DNA of 64,000 bases, taken from the NCBI GenBank assembly GCA_963555825.3, contig CAUVXB020000002.1, positions 2,400,001 through 2,464,000 on the forward strand. The letters run 5' to 3'. The stretch comes from Alphaproteobacteria bacterium (GTDB lineage Bacteria > Pseudomonadota > Alphaproteobacteria > JAAXGF01). Below, one piece after another: positions 54,678-64,000 of this stretch. The position numbers were made by a program, and so were the translations under genes. How positions within the stretch are numbered: position 1 is the stretch's first letter; every line of letters begins with the position of its first letter. A model generated the notes under the pieces. That model was not told where the DNA came from, ran no database searches, and was given only the letters and a program-made list of their open reading frames with translations.

Positions 54678-54922
54678 TAAAGGCCCCTAGAGACGGCTTG
54701 CCGTGGTTCTCGGCTAGGCGCACCCGTCGCGGCGATGCAGCGCATCGCAAGGCGGGTGCAACAACGTCCGAGAGCCTCGGGAAGCCGCCCTTCGGGTCGC
54801 GGCCGCTTATCGCCGGAGGGCGTCAGGCAGCCTAGCCGATGCGCTGCATCGCCCGCGGCTCCCTTCCTACCCGGCGAAAAGCGGACGCGATCTTTAGGGG
54901 CCTTTATCACTGATCCTTGGTA
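54662..54922. mobile_element. MITE family B, copy 2
   Basis: TIRs taccaaggatcagtgataaaggccccta / taggggcctttatcactgatccttggta. Confidence 0.88.
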
Positions 54923-54967
54923 TAAGTCTTTAGCCGCGAGGCTGCAAAAGGGAGGCGCGCATCCGCC

Positions 54968-55567
54968 GTGACGCAGACGGTGCATTCGAGCTCGGAGACG
55001 ATGTCGCTCGGCGTCGTCATCGAGCGCCGCGACAGCGACCACCGCTGGCAGACGCACAGCTGGCGCGCGGTCGGCGTGATCGCGGGCGCGCCGGCGATAG
55101 AGACGCCCAGGCTGATGCGCGAGGCCGACGGCGTCGCGCAATACCACGCGGCGACGCTAGACATCGCGCTCCATCGCACCGACACCCAGGGCTACAAACA
55201 CAACATCAGAAACGAAACCATCCCCAAGATCTTCGTCGTGCTGCGCTCGGACGAGGACGGCGACGACGACGAGGAGGACGCGCTGGAGACCGACGGGGGC
55301 GAGGCGATGCCGCGGCCCTTCTTCGTCACCGCCTGCCCCTTCGAGGCCTCGGTCTATCTCGACACCACCGCGGGTGGCGAGGTCGTCGAGCCGGTGCCGA
55401 TGCCCGACAGCGTGATCGCCTGGGTCGAAGCCTTCGTCACCAAGCACCACGTCGACGAACCATTCGTTAAGAAGAAGAAAAAGCGCTGGTTCAAGCTCCA
55501 GGAAGACGCCCACGCGCAGATGCGCGGGCCCGGCAGCGGTCCGCGCGGTAGGCGGCGCCAGGGCTGA
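54968..55567 (+). CDS. DUF3305-family protein
   Basis: GVVIERR…RW…W…LHRTDTQGY…VEPVPMP…FVKKKKKR; fdh context. Confidence 0.85.
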   Translation: MTQTVHSSSETMSLGVVIERRDSDHRWQTHSWRAVGVIAGAPAIETPRLMREADGVAQYHAATLDIALHRTDTQGYKHNIRNETIPKIFVVLRSDEDGDDDEEDALETDGGEAMPRPFFVTACPFEASVYLDTTAGGEVVEPVPMPDSVIAWVEAFVTKHHVDEPFVKKKKKRWFKLQEDAHAQMRGPGSGPRGRRRQG

Positions 55568-55569
55568 CG

Positions 55570-56235
55570 ATGACTGGCTGGGACGACGAGACTGGCCGGG
55601 ACGACGAAACATTCCTCGACCGCTGGTCGCGGCGCAAGCGCAGCGGCGGCGCCGCGCCGGTCGTCGCGCCGCCAGCAACCGAGATCGTCACCGCGACGGC
55701 GGCCGAAGCGCCGGTCGCTGCCGAGCGCCGGCGCGGCCCACCGCTGCCACACGCCGCGCGACTGCCGCGGGAAACGCCGGCCGACGAGGCGGCGCCGGCG
55801 ACCGACGAACCGGTTGCCGAGCTGCCCGACATCGATAGCCTCGACAAGGATTCCGACTACACCGCGTTCATGCGCGACGGCGTGCCCGAACACTTGCGCC
55901 GCCAAGCGCTGCGTAAGCTGTGGCTGGCGAGCCCGGTCCATTCGATCATCGACGGGCTCGACGATTACGACGATGACTTCACGCTGCAGTTCACCGACGC
56001 CGTGACCAAGAACGTCAAGTCATCGTTCCGGGTCGGCAAGGGCTTCGCCCCCGACGACGAGGCGATCGAAAAGGCCGAGGACGCGGTGGCGGATGCCGAG
56101 GCCGACGAGGCAACCGATGACGCGGCCGATGACGACGCGGAAACGCCGGCCGACGACCGGCGGCGGACCCCGGAACCCCTTGCCGAGGCAGGCGATGCGG
56201 CGGGCGACGTCGACGATCCCGACGCCACCGGCTGA
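55570..56235 (+). CDS. DUF3306-family protein
   Basis: FLDRWSRRK…DSDYTAFM…ALRKLW…DGLDDYDDDF. Confidence 0.85.
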   Translation: MTGWDDETGRDDETFLDRWSRRKRSGGAAPVVAPPATEIVTATAAEAPVAAERRRGPPLPHAARLPRETPADEAAPATDEPVAELPDIDSLDKDSDYTAFMRDGVPEHLRRQALRKLWLASPVHSIIDGLDDYDDDFTLQFTDAVTKNVKSSFRVGKGFAPDDEAIEKAEDAVADAEADEATDDAADDDAETPADDRRRTPEPLAEAGDAAGDVDDPDATG

Positions 56236-56416
56236 CCGGCCGACGCCAGGGCACCGAATACGCCCGATTTCACGGCCTTTTTGAATTGACGCCAGGCGCT
56301 ATTTGCGCGATCATAGGGCCGTCGATGAGATCGAACGAAAAACCCTTTCAAATTTAGGGGTTAGCGAAGAGACGACAGTCTTGAAAAATCGCGCGTTCGG
56401 CAGGAGGGAGAGGGGT

Positions 56417-57025
56417 TTGACCCAGGACCAAGGCGACTCGGGAGGGATCGCCGAAGAAGAAACACTCAGGGCGGAGATGTATGCCCTGCTCGGTTGGCTG
56501 TTGAAGGCGCCGCCGAGCACCGAGGATCTGCGGCGCGCCGCCGCGCTTGGCGGCGACGACAGCGAACTCGGACGCGCCATCTCGGCGCTCGCGGCGACCG
56601 CCCGGGCGAGCACCTCCGAAGCCATCGACGAAGAATTTCAGACCCTGTTCATCGGCCTCGGCCGGGGCGCGCTTCTGCCTTACGGCTCGTACTACATGTC
56701 GGGCTTCCTGAACGAGAAGCCGCTGGCCAACCTGCGCATCGACATGGACGCGCTGGGCATCGGCCGCGCCGACGACATCGCCGAGACAGAGGATCATATC
56801 GCCGCGCTGTGCGACATGATGGCGGGCCTGATCACTGGCGCCTTCGGCGCGCCCGCCGAGCTGGCCGCCCAGCAGCGCTTCTTCGACGCCCACATCGCGC
56901 CGTGGGCGCCGACGTTCTTCGAGGATTTGGAAGCGGCCGCCTCGGCCGCGTTTTACATGCCGGTCGGCGCGATCGGCCGAGCGTTCATGCGGATCGAGGC
57001 ACAGGCGTTTCAGATGGCGGCCTAG
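56417..57025 (+). CDS. TorD/DmsD-family maturation chaperone
   Basis: LFIGLGRG.LLPYGSYY..GFLNEKPLA, EDHIA. Confidence 0.88.
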   Translation: MTQDQGDSGGIAEEETLRAEMYALLGWLLKAPPSTEDLRRAAALGGDDSELGRAISALAATARASTSEAIDEEFQTLFIGLGRGALLPYGSYYMSGFLNEKPLANLRIDMDALGIGRADDIAETEDHIAALCDMMAGLITGAFGAPAELAAQQRFFDAHIAPWAPTFFEDLEAAASAAFYMPVGAIGRAFMRIEAQAFQMAA

Positions 57026-57095
57026 CGCCGGGGCTCGGCGAGCCCCCTAGGCGAGTTTCGCCGATGGAGTGTTTGCCACACGGAAGGGTGAGCAG

Positions 57096-57302
57096 ATGAA
57101 ACAAGGAAAAGACATCAAGTCACCGGAGCGCCGGTCCTTCATCAAGAAGGCCGGGCTCGGCGCCGGCGCCGTCGGGGCGGTTGCATTAGGCCTGCCCGAA
57201 ACGACGGCAGCAGCCGATCTCGGAACCGGCAAGACGGGCGGCAGCGGGTACCGCGAGACGGATCACGTCAAGCGGTACTACGAAATCGCCAGATCGTCAT
57301 AA
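57096..57302 (+). CDS. Small Tat-signal protein of fdh clusters
   Basis: RRSFIK; GYRETDHVKRYY. Confidence 0.85.
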   Translation: MKQGKDIKSPERRSFIKKAGLGAGAVGAVALGLPETTAAADLGTGKTGGSGYRETDHVKRYYEIARSS

Positions 57303-57337
57303 GGTGAGGTTTCAACCCAAGATATAGGGAGAGGTCT

Positions 57338-60208
57338 ATGCTCACGAAACGGAGCAACGGGGTTGCAAATGGCCCCCGTTTGACCAAAGCGTTTGCTGGC
57401 GTCGTCGGCGGCGCCGTGGACCGCAGAACCTTTCTCAAGCGATCGGGTCTCACGGTCGGCGGCATCGCCGCCGCGTCGGGGCTCTCGCTCGGGATGGTCA
57501 AGAAGGCAGAGGCCCAATCGGCCGACGCCGGGGCGGTATCGATCGTCAAGACGATCTGCCCGTTCTGCGCCGTCGGCTGCACCATCGACGCCGAAGTCGT
57601 GGGAGGCGCCTGGATCGGTCAGGAGCCGTCCTGGGACAGCCCGTTCAACGCGGGCGCCTACTGCGCCAAGGGCGCGGCGGCCCGCGAGCTGGTGCTCGGC
57701 GAGCGCCGCCTGAAATACCCGATGAAGCTCGAGGGCGGCAAGTGGAAGCGGATCAGCTGGGACGACGCGATCGACCAGATCGGCGACCAGATGCTCGAGA
57801 TTCGCGAGAAGTCGGGCCCCGATTCGGTCTACTGGCTCGGTTCCGCCAAGCACAACAACGAACAGGCGTATCTGTTCCGCAAATTGTATGCGTTCTGGGG
57901 CTCCAACAACGGTGACCACCAGGCGCGTATCTGTCACTCGACCACGGTCGCCGGTGTCGCCAACACCTGGGGCTACGGCGCGATGACGAACAGCATGAAC
58001 GACATCCAGAACAGCCGGTCGATCTTCCTGATCGGCGGCAACCCGGCGGAAGCCCACCCGGTGTCGTTGCTGCACATCCTCAAGGCCAAGGAGCGGAACA
58101 ACGCGCCCTTGATCGTCCTCGAACCGCGCTTCACGCGCACCGCGGCGCATGCCGACGAGTTCGTGCGCTTGCGGCCGGGCACCGACATGGCCGTCATCTG
58201 GGGCGTTCTCTGGCATCTGTTCGAGAACGGCTGGGAGGACAAGGAGTTCATCCGCCAGCGCGCCTGGGGCATGGACCGCGTCCGGGCCGAGGTCGCCAAG
58301 TGGGCGCCCGAGGAGGTCGAACGCGTTTCCGGCGTGCCGGGCTCGCAGCTCCGCCGCGTCGCGCGGACGATGGCCAACAACCGTCCGGGCACGGTGATCT
58401 GGTGCATGGGCATCACCCAGCACACGATCGGCAACAACAACACCCGCGCGTTGTGCATCCTGCAGCTCGCGCTCGGCAACATGGGCGTCGCCGGCGGCGG
58501 CACGAACATCTTCCGCGGCCACGACAATGTCCAGGGCGCCACCGACATGTGCGTGCTGTGCCACTCGCTGCCCGGCTACTACGGCCTAAAGGTCGGCTCG
58601 TGGAAGCACTGGTGCCGCGTGTGGGACGTCGATTACGAGTGGATGCTCGGGCGGTTCGCCAGCAAGGATCTGATGTCCGCCGCCGGCTTCCCGGTGTCGC
58701 GCTGGATCGACGGTGTTCTCGAAGCCAAGGAGGACATCGACCAGCCCGATAACCTGCGCGCCATGGTGTACTGGGGCCACGCGCCGAACTCGCAAAGCCG
58801 CGGGCCGGATATGAAGTTGGCGATGGAGAAACTCGACCTCCTCGTCGTCATCGATCCGTACCCGACGACCAGCGCGGTCATGCACGACAGGACGGACGGC
58901 GTTTACCTGCTTCCGGCCACCAGCCAGTTCGAGACCTATGGCTCGGTGACCGCGTCCAACCGGAACCTGCAGTGGCGTGAGAAAGTGGTCGAGCCGATCT
59001 TCGAATCGAAGCCCGATCACGAGATCATGTACCTGTTCGCCAAGAAGTTCGGCATGGCCGATCAGATGTTCAAGAACATCAAGATCAACGACAACGAGCC
59101 TCTGATCGAGGACATCACGCGCGAGTACAACGGCGGCATGTGGACGATCGGCTACACCGGCCAGTCGCCCGAGCGCTTGCGGGCGCACATGGCGAACCAG
59201 TCCACCTTCGACAAGGTTACGTTGCAGGCGATTGGCGGCCCGGTCGACGGCGAGTACTACGGTCTGCCGTGGCCGTGCTGGGGCACACCCGAGCTCAAGC
59301 ATCCGGGCACGCCCATTCTGTACGACACGTCTAAGCCGGTGGCCGAGGGCGGTCTTTGTTTCCGAGCCCGATTCGGGGTCGAGCGCGATGGCGAGAACTT
59401 GCTCGCCGAGGGCTCGTATCCGGTCGGCTCGGAGATCAAGGACGGTTATCCGCAGTTCACCATGGCGATGCTCAAGGAGCTCGGCTGGGACGGTGACCTC
59501 ACCGATGCCGAGCGTCAAGCGATCGAGAAGGTCGCCGGCGACAAGACGAACTGGAAGACCGACCTTTCGGGCGGCATCCAGCGCGTCGCCATCAAGCATG
59601 GCTGCGCGCCGTTCGGCAACGCCAAGGCGCGCTGCTTCGTGTGGAACTTCCCCGACCCGATACCGGTGCATCGCGAGCCGCTGCGCACGCCGCGGCCCGA
59701 CCTGGTGGTGGATTATCCGACCTACGCCGACACCAGGAAGCACCGCCTGCCGCTGCTGTACAAGAGCATCCAGGATAAGGATGAGTCGAAGGAGTACCCG
59801 CTCATCGTCTCGACGGGACGTATCGTCGAGTACGAAGGCGGCGGCGACGAGACCCGCTCGAACCACTGGTTGGCAGAGCTCCAACAGGAGATGTACTGCG
59901 AGATCAACGCGTTCGACGCCAACAACGCGGGCATCCGCGATGGCGCCGACATGTGGCTCGAGACGCCGGACGGTGCAAGGCTTAAACTCAAGGCCCTGCA
60001 CACCAACCGTGTCGGTCGCGGCGTGGTCTGGATGTGTTTCAGCTGGGCCGGGCATTGGGAAGGCGAGAGCCGCAGGGACAAGTACCCCGAAGGGACGGAC
60101 CCGTTCGTCCTTGGCGAAGCGGCCAACACCGCGATGACCTACGGTTACGATTCGGTCACGCAGATGCAGGAGACCAAGGTCTCGCTGTGCCGCGTCAAAT
60201 CGGCGTAA
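57338..60208 (+). CDS. Formate dehydrogenase alpha subunit (Tat-exported, Cys ligand)
   Basis: DRRTFLK, CPFCAVGC…YCAKG, QARICHSTT, RGHDNVQG. Confidence 0.95.
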   Translation: MLTKRSNGVANGPRLTKAFAGVVGGAVDRRTFLKRSGLTVGGIAAASGLSLGMVKKAEAQSADAGAVSIVKTICPFCAVGCTIDAEVVGGAWIGQEPSWDSPFNAGAYCAKGAAARELVLGERRLKYPMKLEGGKWKRISWDDAIDQIGDQMLEIREKSGPDSVYWLGSAKHNNEQAYLFRKLYAFWGSNNGDHQARICHSTTVAGVANTWGYGAMTNSMNDIQNSRSIFLIGGNPAEAHPVSLLHILKAKERNNAPLIVLEPRFTRTAAHADEFVRLRPGTDMAVIWGVLWHLFENGWEDKEFIRQRAWGMDRVRAEVAKWAPEEVERVSGVPGSQLRRVARTMANNRPGTVIWCMGITQHTIGNNNTRALCILQLALGNMGVAGGGTNIFRGHDNVQGATDMCVLCHSLPGYYGLKVGSWKHWCRVWDVDYEWMLGRFASKDLMSAAGFPVSRWIDGVLEAKEDIDQPDNLRAMVYWGHAPNSQSRGPDMKLAMEKLDLLVVIDPYPTTSAVMHDRTDGVYLLPATSQFETYGSVTASNRNLQWREKVVEPIFESKPDHEIMYLFAKKFGMADQMFKNIKINDNEPLIEDITREYNGGMWTIGYTGQSPERLRAHMANQSTFDKVTLQAIGGPVDGEYYGLPWPCWGTPELKHPGTPILYDTSKPVAEGGLCFRARFGVERDGENLLAEGSYPVGSEIKDGYPQFTMAMLKELGWDGDLTDAERQAIEKVAGDKTNWKTDLSGGIQRVAIKHGCAPFGNAKARCFVWNFPDPIPVHREPLRTPRPDLVVDYPTYADTRKHRLPLLYKSIQDKDESKEYPLIVSTGRIVEYEGGGDETRSNHWLAELQQEMYCEINAFDANNAGIRDGADMWLETPDGARLKLKALHTNRVGRGVVWMCFSWAGHWEGESRRDKYPEGTDPFVLGEAANTAMTYGYDSVTQMQETKVSLCRVKSA

Positions 60209-60220
60209 GGAGGTATTATC

Positions 60221-60817
60221 ATGGCACGAATGAAGTTCCTGTGTGACGCCGAACGCTGCATCGAGTGCAACGCCTGCGTTACCGCCTGTAAGAACGAGCA
60301 CGAGGTGCCGTGGGGCATCAACCGGCGTCGCGTCGTTACGCTCAACGACGGTTCGCCGGGTGAGCGCTCCATCTCGGTCGCCTGCATGCACTGCTCCGAC
60401 GCGCCGTGCATTGCCGTCTGTCCGGTCGACTGCATCTACCAGACCGAAGACGGCATCGTTCTGCATTCGAAGGACCTGTGCATCGGTTGCGGCTATTGCT
60501 TCTACGCATGCCCCTTCGGGGCGCCGCAGTATCCCCAGTCGGGGAACTACGGCAGCCGCGGCAAGATGGACAAGTGCACCTTCTGTGCGGGCGGTCCGGA
60601 GGATGACCACTCGGACGCGGAGTTCCAGAAATACGGACGCAACCGTATCGCCGAGGGCAAGTTGCCATTGTGTGCCGAGATGTGCGCGACCCGCGCCCTG
60701 CTCGGCGGCGACGGCGACATCGTCTCGAACATCTATCGCGAACGCGTCGTCGGTCGCGGTTTCGGTTCGGGCGCCTGGGGCTGGGGCACCGCGTATCAGC
60801 TCAAGGCCGGCAGCTAG
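60221..60817 (+). CDS. Formate dehydrogenase Fe-S beta subunit (FDH3 type)
   Basis: CIECNACVTAC, CMHC…CP, CIGCGYCFYACP. Confidence 0.95.
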   Translation: MARMKFLCDAERCIECNACVTACKNEHEVPWGINRRRVVTLNDGSPGERSISVACMHCSDAPCIAVCPVDCIYQTEDGIVLHSKDLCIGCGYCFYACPFGAPQYPQSGNYGSRGKMDKCTFCAGGPEDDHSDAEFQKYGRNRIAEGKLPLCAEMCATRALLGGDGDIVSNIYRERVVGRGFGSGAWGWGTAYQLKAGS

Positions 60818-60836
60818 TCCGGTCTGATCGCGACAG

Positions 60837-60867
60837 CGGCAGGGACGACGTTCCGTCGTCCCTGCCG
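60837..60867. terminator. Strong hairpin (terminator or mRNA stabiliser)
   Basis: 14-bp stem cggcagggacgacg/cgtcgtccctgccg; no U-tract. Confidence 0.45.
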
Positions 60868-60969
60868 TCGGTCGCCAGTATGTGGCCGTAGCATCCTTCG
60901 TGCCGCGTCCGCAAAGGGGTGATCGCTGATTGTGTTGCGGGCGTCACGCAAAGTGCGGACATTCTAAGT

Positions 60970-61170
60970 ATGCTTATATTGAGAATCATCGCGGCGGCGC
61001 TGGCGGTTCTTCTGGTCGGCGTGATATTCGTCGCGCCGAGCACACCGCGGGGCGACGCGGGACCCGTGCTGATGTACGAGAAGGGCGTCTACCTCGGCAA
61101 GCCCGATACCGCGCCCTCTGACGAGACGCGCGATATGATACGTTCGCGCACCAATGCGCAGAAACCGTGA
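60970..61170 (+). CDS. Small membrane or exported protein of the fdh cluster
   Basis: Hydrophobic N-terminus; YEKGVYLGKPD. Confidence 0.65.
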   Translation: MLILRIIAAALAVLLVGVIFVAPSTPRGDAGPVLMYEKGVYLGKPDTAPSDETRDMIRSRTNAQKP

Positions 61171-61241
61171 TTGGCCGGCCCTGAAACGGTCGCGTCGACC
61201 GGTCGGCATGGACCAAACCACAGTCGGACGAGGTCGGTAGG

Positions 61242-62429
61242 ATGAAATTGCAGTGGTCGAAATGGCGCCACGCGCTGGCGATGCTCGGACTGGCGATAGC
61301 GCTCGCCAGCGGCACGCTCGCATCGTCCGACGCCGCCTGGGCGCAGCAGGTGCCCACCTTGGCGCCGCAGGGCGGCGTGACGGGCACGGCGCCCGCCATG
61401 CCCGAGAGCGCGCAGGACAGCCTCGCGCCGCAGGGTCTCGACAGCGATTCCGATATCTGGCGCGATATCCGTAACGGCATTCAGGGCGGCGTCTCGATCC
61501 AGGACATCGCGGCCGGGCGGATGGTGCAGTCCGAGGGCGACAATTGGCGCAACATCCGCAACGGCCCGCTGGTCGACTACGGTTGGAAACTGCTCGCCGC
61601 GACGATCGCTTTGCTCGCCATCTTCTTCGCCGTACGCGGCCGCATCCGCATCGACGACGGGCCGGCCGGCACGACGATCGAGCGGTTCAACGGCCTGGAA
61701 CGCTTCGCCCACTGGCTGACCGCGGGCAGCTTCATCGTGCTCGCGCTGACCGGCCTCTACATGCTCTACGGGCGCTATCTCTTCGCCATGGATGCGGCGG
61801 GCGACGCCGGCAACTTCTCGGCCGGCCATCAGGCCTTCGCCTCGATCGCGTATTACGGCAAGCTGGTGCACAACTTCATCGGCTTCTCCTTCGCGGCCGG
61901 CGTCGTGCTGACCTTCGTCATCTGGGTCAGGCACAATTTCCCCAACAAGCACGACGTCGTCTGGCTGGCCAAGGCCGGCGGCATGCTGTCCAAGGGCGTC
62001 CACCCGCCGGCGGCGAAGTTCAACGCCGGGCAGAAAATCCTGTTCTGGATCGTTGTCTTGGGCGGCGCATCGATCGTCTGGTCGGGCGTCGCGCTGATCT
62101 TCCCGTACCAGATCACGCCGTTCGCCGAGACCTTCGCGTTGATGAACATTTTCGGCTTCGACCTGCCGACCCAGCTCACGCCGCTGCAGGAGATGCAGAT
62201 CTCGGCGGTCTGGCACGCCGCGGTCGCGCTGATCCTGATCGCCGTCATCCTCGCCCATATCTACATCGGCACGCTGGGCATGGAAGGCGCTTACGACGCC
62301 ATGGGCTCGGGCCAGGTCGACAAAAACTGGGCGCGCGAACACCACAGCGTTTGGGCTGCCGAGCACGACGGCACGGCGCCGCCGGACGGCGGTGACGACC
62401 CGGGCGACGCGCCGCAGCCCGCGGAATAG
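61242..62429 (+). CDS. Formate dehydrogenase cytochrome b gamma subunit
   Basis: ERFAHW, KLVHN, KFNAGQK, HIYIGTLGMEGA, WAREHH. Confidence 0.93.
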   Translation: MKLQWSKWRHALAMLGLAIALASGTLASSDAAWAQQVPTLAPQGGVTGTAPAMPESAQDSLAPQGLDSDSDIWRDIRNGIQGGVSIQDIAAGRMVQSEGDNWRNIRNGPLVDYGWKLLAATIALLAIFFAVRGRIRIDDGPAGTTIERFNGLERFAHWLTAGSFIVLALTGLYMLYGRYLFAMDAAGDAGNFSAGHQAFASIAYYGKLVHNFIGFSFAAGVVLTFVIWVRHNFPNKHDVVWLAKAGGMLSKGVHPPAAKFNAGQKILFWIVVLGGASIVWSGVALIFPYQITPFAETFALMNIFGFDLPTQLTPLQEMQISAVWHAAVALILIAVILAHIYIGTLGMEGAYDAMGSGQVDKNWAREHHSVWAAEHDGTAPPDGGDDPGDAPQPAE

Positions 62430-62445
62430 ATCGAGGCCCGCGAGA

Positions 62446-62817
62446 ATGCGCATGCCGATCCTGCTCGCGGCGCTTGCGGTTTGCGCGCTCGCCGCGTTCG
62501 CCCAGCCGGCCGCGGCGGCCATGAGCGCCGAGGCGGTCGGCGAGGCGATCGCCGCGCTCTACGGTGTCGAGGTGCAGCGCGTCGTGCCGGCCGAGGGCGA
62601 CGAAGGCGGCGCCGCCTACCGCGTGACCTTCATGAATCCGGGCGGCGACTTCAACGAGGCCTTCCAGGTCAATTCGATCCTGGTCGACGCCGAGACCGGC
62701 GCGCCGATCGTCCAGTTCCGCCACCTGCCGAGCGGCTACCGGAATTCGGACGCGGCGACATACGACACCAGCCGGCAGGGGCTCGACGTGCTCAGCGCGG
62801 GCGCCGTGCGCCGTTAG
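62446..62817 (+). CDS. Exported PepSY-like protein
   Basis: Signal peptide; YGVEV.RV…YRVT…ILVDAETG. Confidence 0.6.
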   Translation: MRMPILLAALAVCALAAFAQPAAAAMSAEAVGEAIAALYGVEVQRVVPAEGDEGGAAYRVTFMNPGGDFNEAFQVNSILVDAETGAPIVQFRHLPSGYRNSDAATYDTSRQGLDVLSAGAVRR

Positions 62818-62821
62818 CGGC

Positions 62822-64000
62822 ATGAAGCGCTTGGTGCTCGGCGTCGCCTTGGCGATCACGCTGGCCGGCGACGCGTCGGCCGAGATGGCCGGCCACGGCG
62901 GCATGGTGCGCGCGCTCGGCATCTCGCCCGACGGCGGCACCGTGATCACCGGCAGCTTCGACTACACCGCCCGGCTGTGGGATTTCGTCGAGCAGAACGA
63001 GATCGCCTCGCTCGACGAGCACGGCGGTCCGGTCAACGCGGTCGTGTTCCTGCCCGACGGCAGGCAGGCGTTGAGCGCGAGCGACGACCGCACGGTCATT
63101 CTGTGGGACGTCGCCCGGCGGGAACCGATCCGCAGCTTCAACGGCCACGCCGCCAAGATCATGGCGCTCGCCGTCTCGCGCGACGGGCGGCTGGTCGCGA
63201 CGGGCGGCTGGGACGGCACGCTCAGGCTGTGGCGGCTCGACGACGGCCGCGAGATCCGCGTCATCAAGCAGATCAGCAACATCAACGCCGTCGCCTTCGG
63301 CGCCGACGGCGAGACCATTCTGACGGGCGCTCACGACGGCATGCTCCGGGTCTGGCGCGTGGCGACCGGCGAGCTGCTCACCACGCTGAGCGGCCATGGC
63401 TGGGGCGTCACTCAGATCACGGTATCACCGGACGGCCGCCGGGCGCTGTCGTCGAGCACCGACGAGAGTCTCCGGCTGTGGGATCTCGAGAGCTTCGAGC
63501 AGATCCGCCAGATGGCCGGCCACGACGGACCGATCTACGGCGTCGTCTTCGCGCCCGACGGCGAAACCGCGCTGTCGGGCGGCCGCGACGGCTTGCTGAT
63601 CCAGTGGGACCTCGAAACTGGCAACGCGATCAGGAAGATCAAGGCCCACGACGCGCCGGTCTGGGCGGTCGCGGTGACGCCCGACGGCCGCTTCGGCGTC
63701 ACCGCGAGCTCGGACGAGCGGGTACGCGTTTGGCATCTGGCGACGGGCGATCAAATCGGCATCGCCGACGAGGGCGCGAGCGAGCCCAAGCCCTGGCTGA
63801 CCAGCGACCATCCAGGCGCCAAGGTCTACCGCAAATGCGCCATGTGCCACTCGCTGGTGGTCGACGGGCCGCGGCGCTCGGGGCCCTATTTCGCCGGCCT
63901 GTTCGGGCGCCGCGCCGGCTCGGTGCCGGGCTACAAATACTCCTCGGCGCTCGACGGCGCCGACTTCGTGTGGGACGAGACGACGCTGCGCGCCCTGTTC
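62822..64000 (+). CDS. Exported WD40-repeat / class I cytochrome c fusion (runs off window)
   Basis: Signal peptide; about 7 GH…WD repeats; CAMCH; GPYFAGLFGRRAGSVPGYKYS. Confidence 0.85.
   Translation, partial: MKRLVLGVALAITLAGDASAEMAGHGGMVRALGISPDGGTVITGSFDYTARLWDFVEQNEIASLDEHGGPVNAVVFLPDGRQALSASDDRTVILWDVARREPIRSFNGHAAKIMALAVSRDGRLVATGGWDGTLRLWRLDDGREIRVIKQISNINAVAFGADGETILTGAHDGMLRVWRVATGELLTTLSGHGWGVTQITVSPDGRRALSSSTDESLRLWDLESFEQIRQMAGHDGPIYGVVFAPDGETALSGGRDGLLIQWDLETGNAIRKIKAHDAPVWAVAVTPDGRFGVTASSDERVRVWHLATGDQIGIADEGASEPKPWLTSDHPGAKVYRKCAMCHSLVVDGPRRSGPYFAGLFGRRAGSVPGYKYSSALDGADFVWDETTLRALF

Noticed and set aside
57920-57945. Selenocysteine in the FDH alpha subunit
   Set aside because: The active-site codon is TGT (RICH) and the ORF is uninterrupted

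Overview
GC-rich alphaproteobacterial chromosome segment (Rhodospirillales-like gene content; taxonomy inferred). Positions ~1-12470 are an accessory island downstream of tRNA-Leu(CAA), with amine/DMSP-type catabolic genes, an outer-membrane beta-barrel and nested mobile elements (IS1182 plus two MITEs, an IS1111-type IS110 with IS256 inside it). The rest is backbone (yqaA-dsbB-coq7, HNH, gluQ, gpsA, hpnA, moaA, fdhD-mobA and a Cys-type formate dehydrogenase cluster) interrupted by IS21, IS30 and a second IS1111-type IS110 carrying IS630. Main points: (1) a broken LapG / TAAG-adhesin / degenerate HD-GYP module resembling the Desulfovibrio DvhDGA variant of the Lap system; (2) two IS1111 elements whose 3' non-coding guide segments covary with their own junctions (CA versus TA core); (3) three families of TA-ended structured repeats: family A (4 copies, each abutting a stop codon, with compensatory stems and a flipped 14-nt module) and families B and C (same cruciform fold, different sequence); (4) many single-base frameshifts and in-frame stops, from decay or sequencing error. 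All calls come from reading the sequence; no database searches were run.
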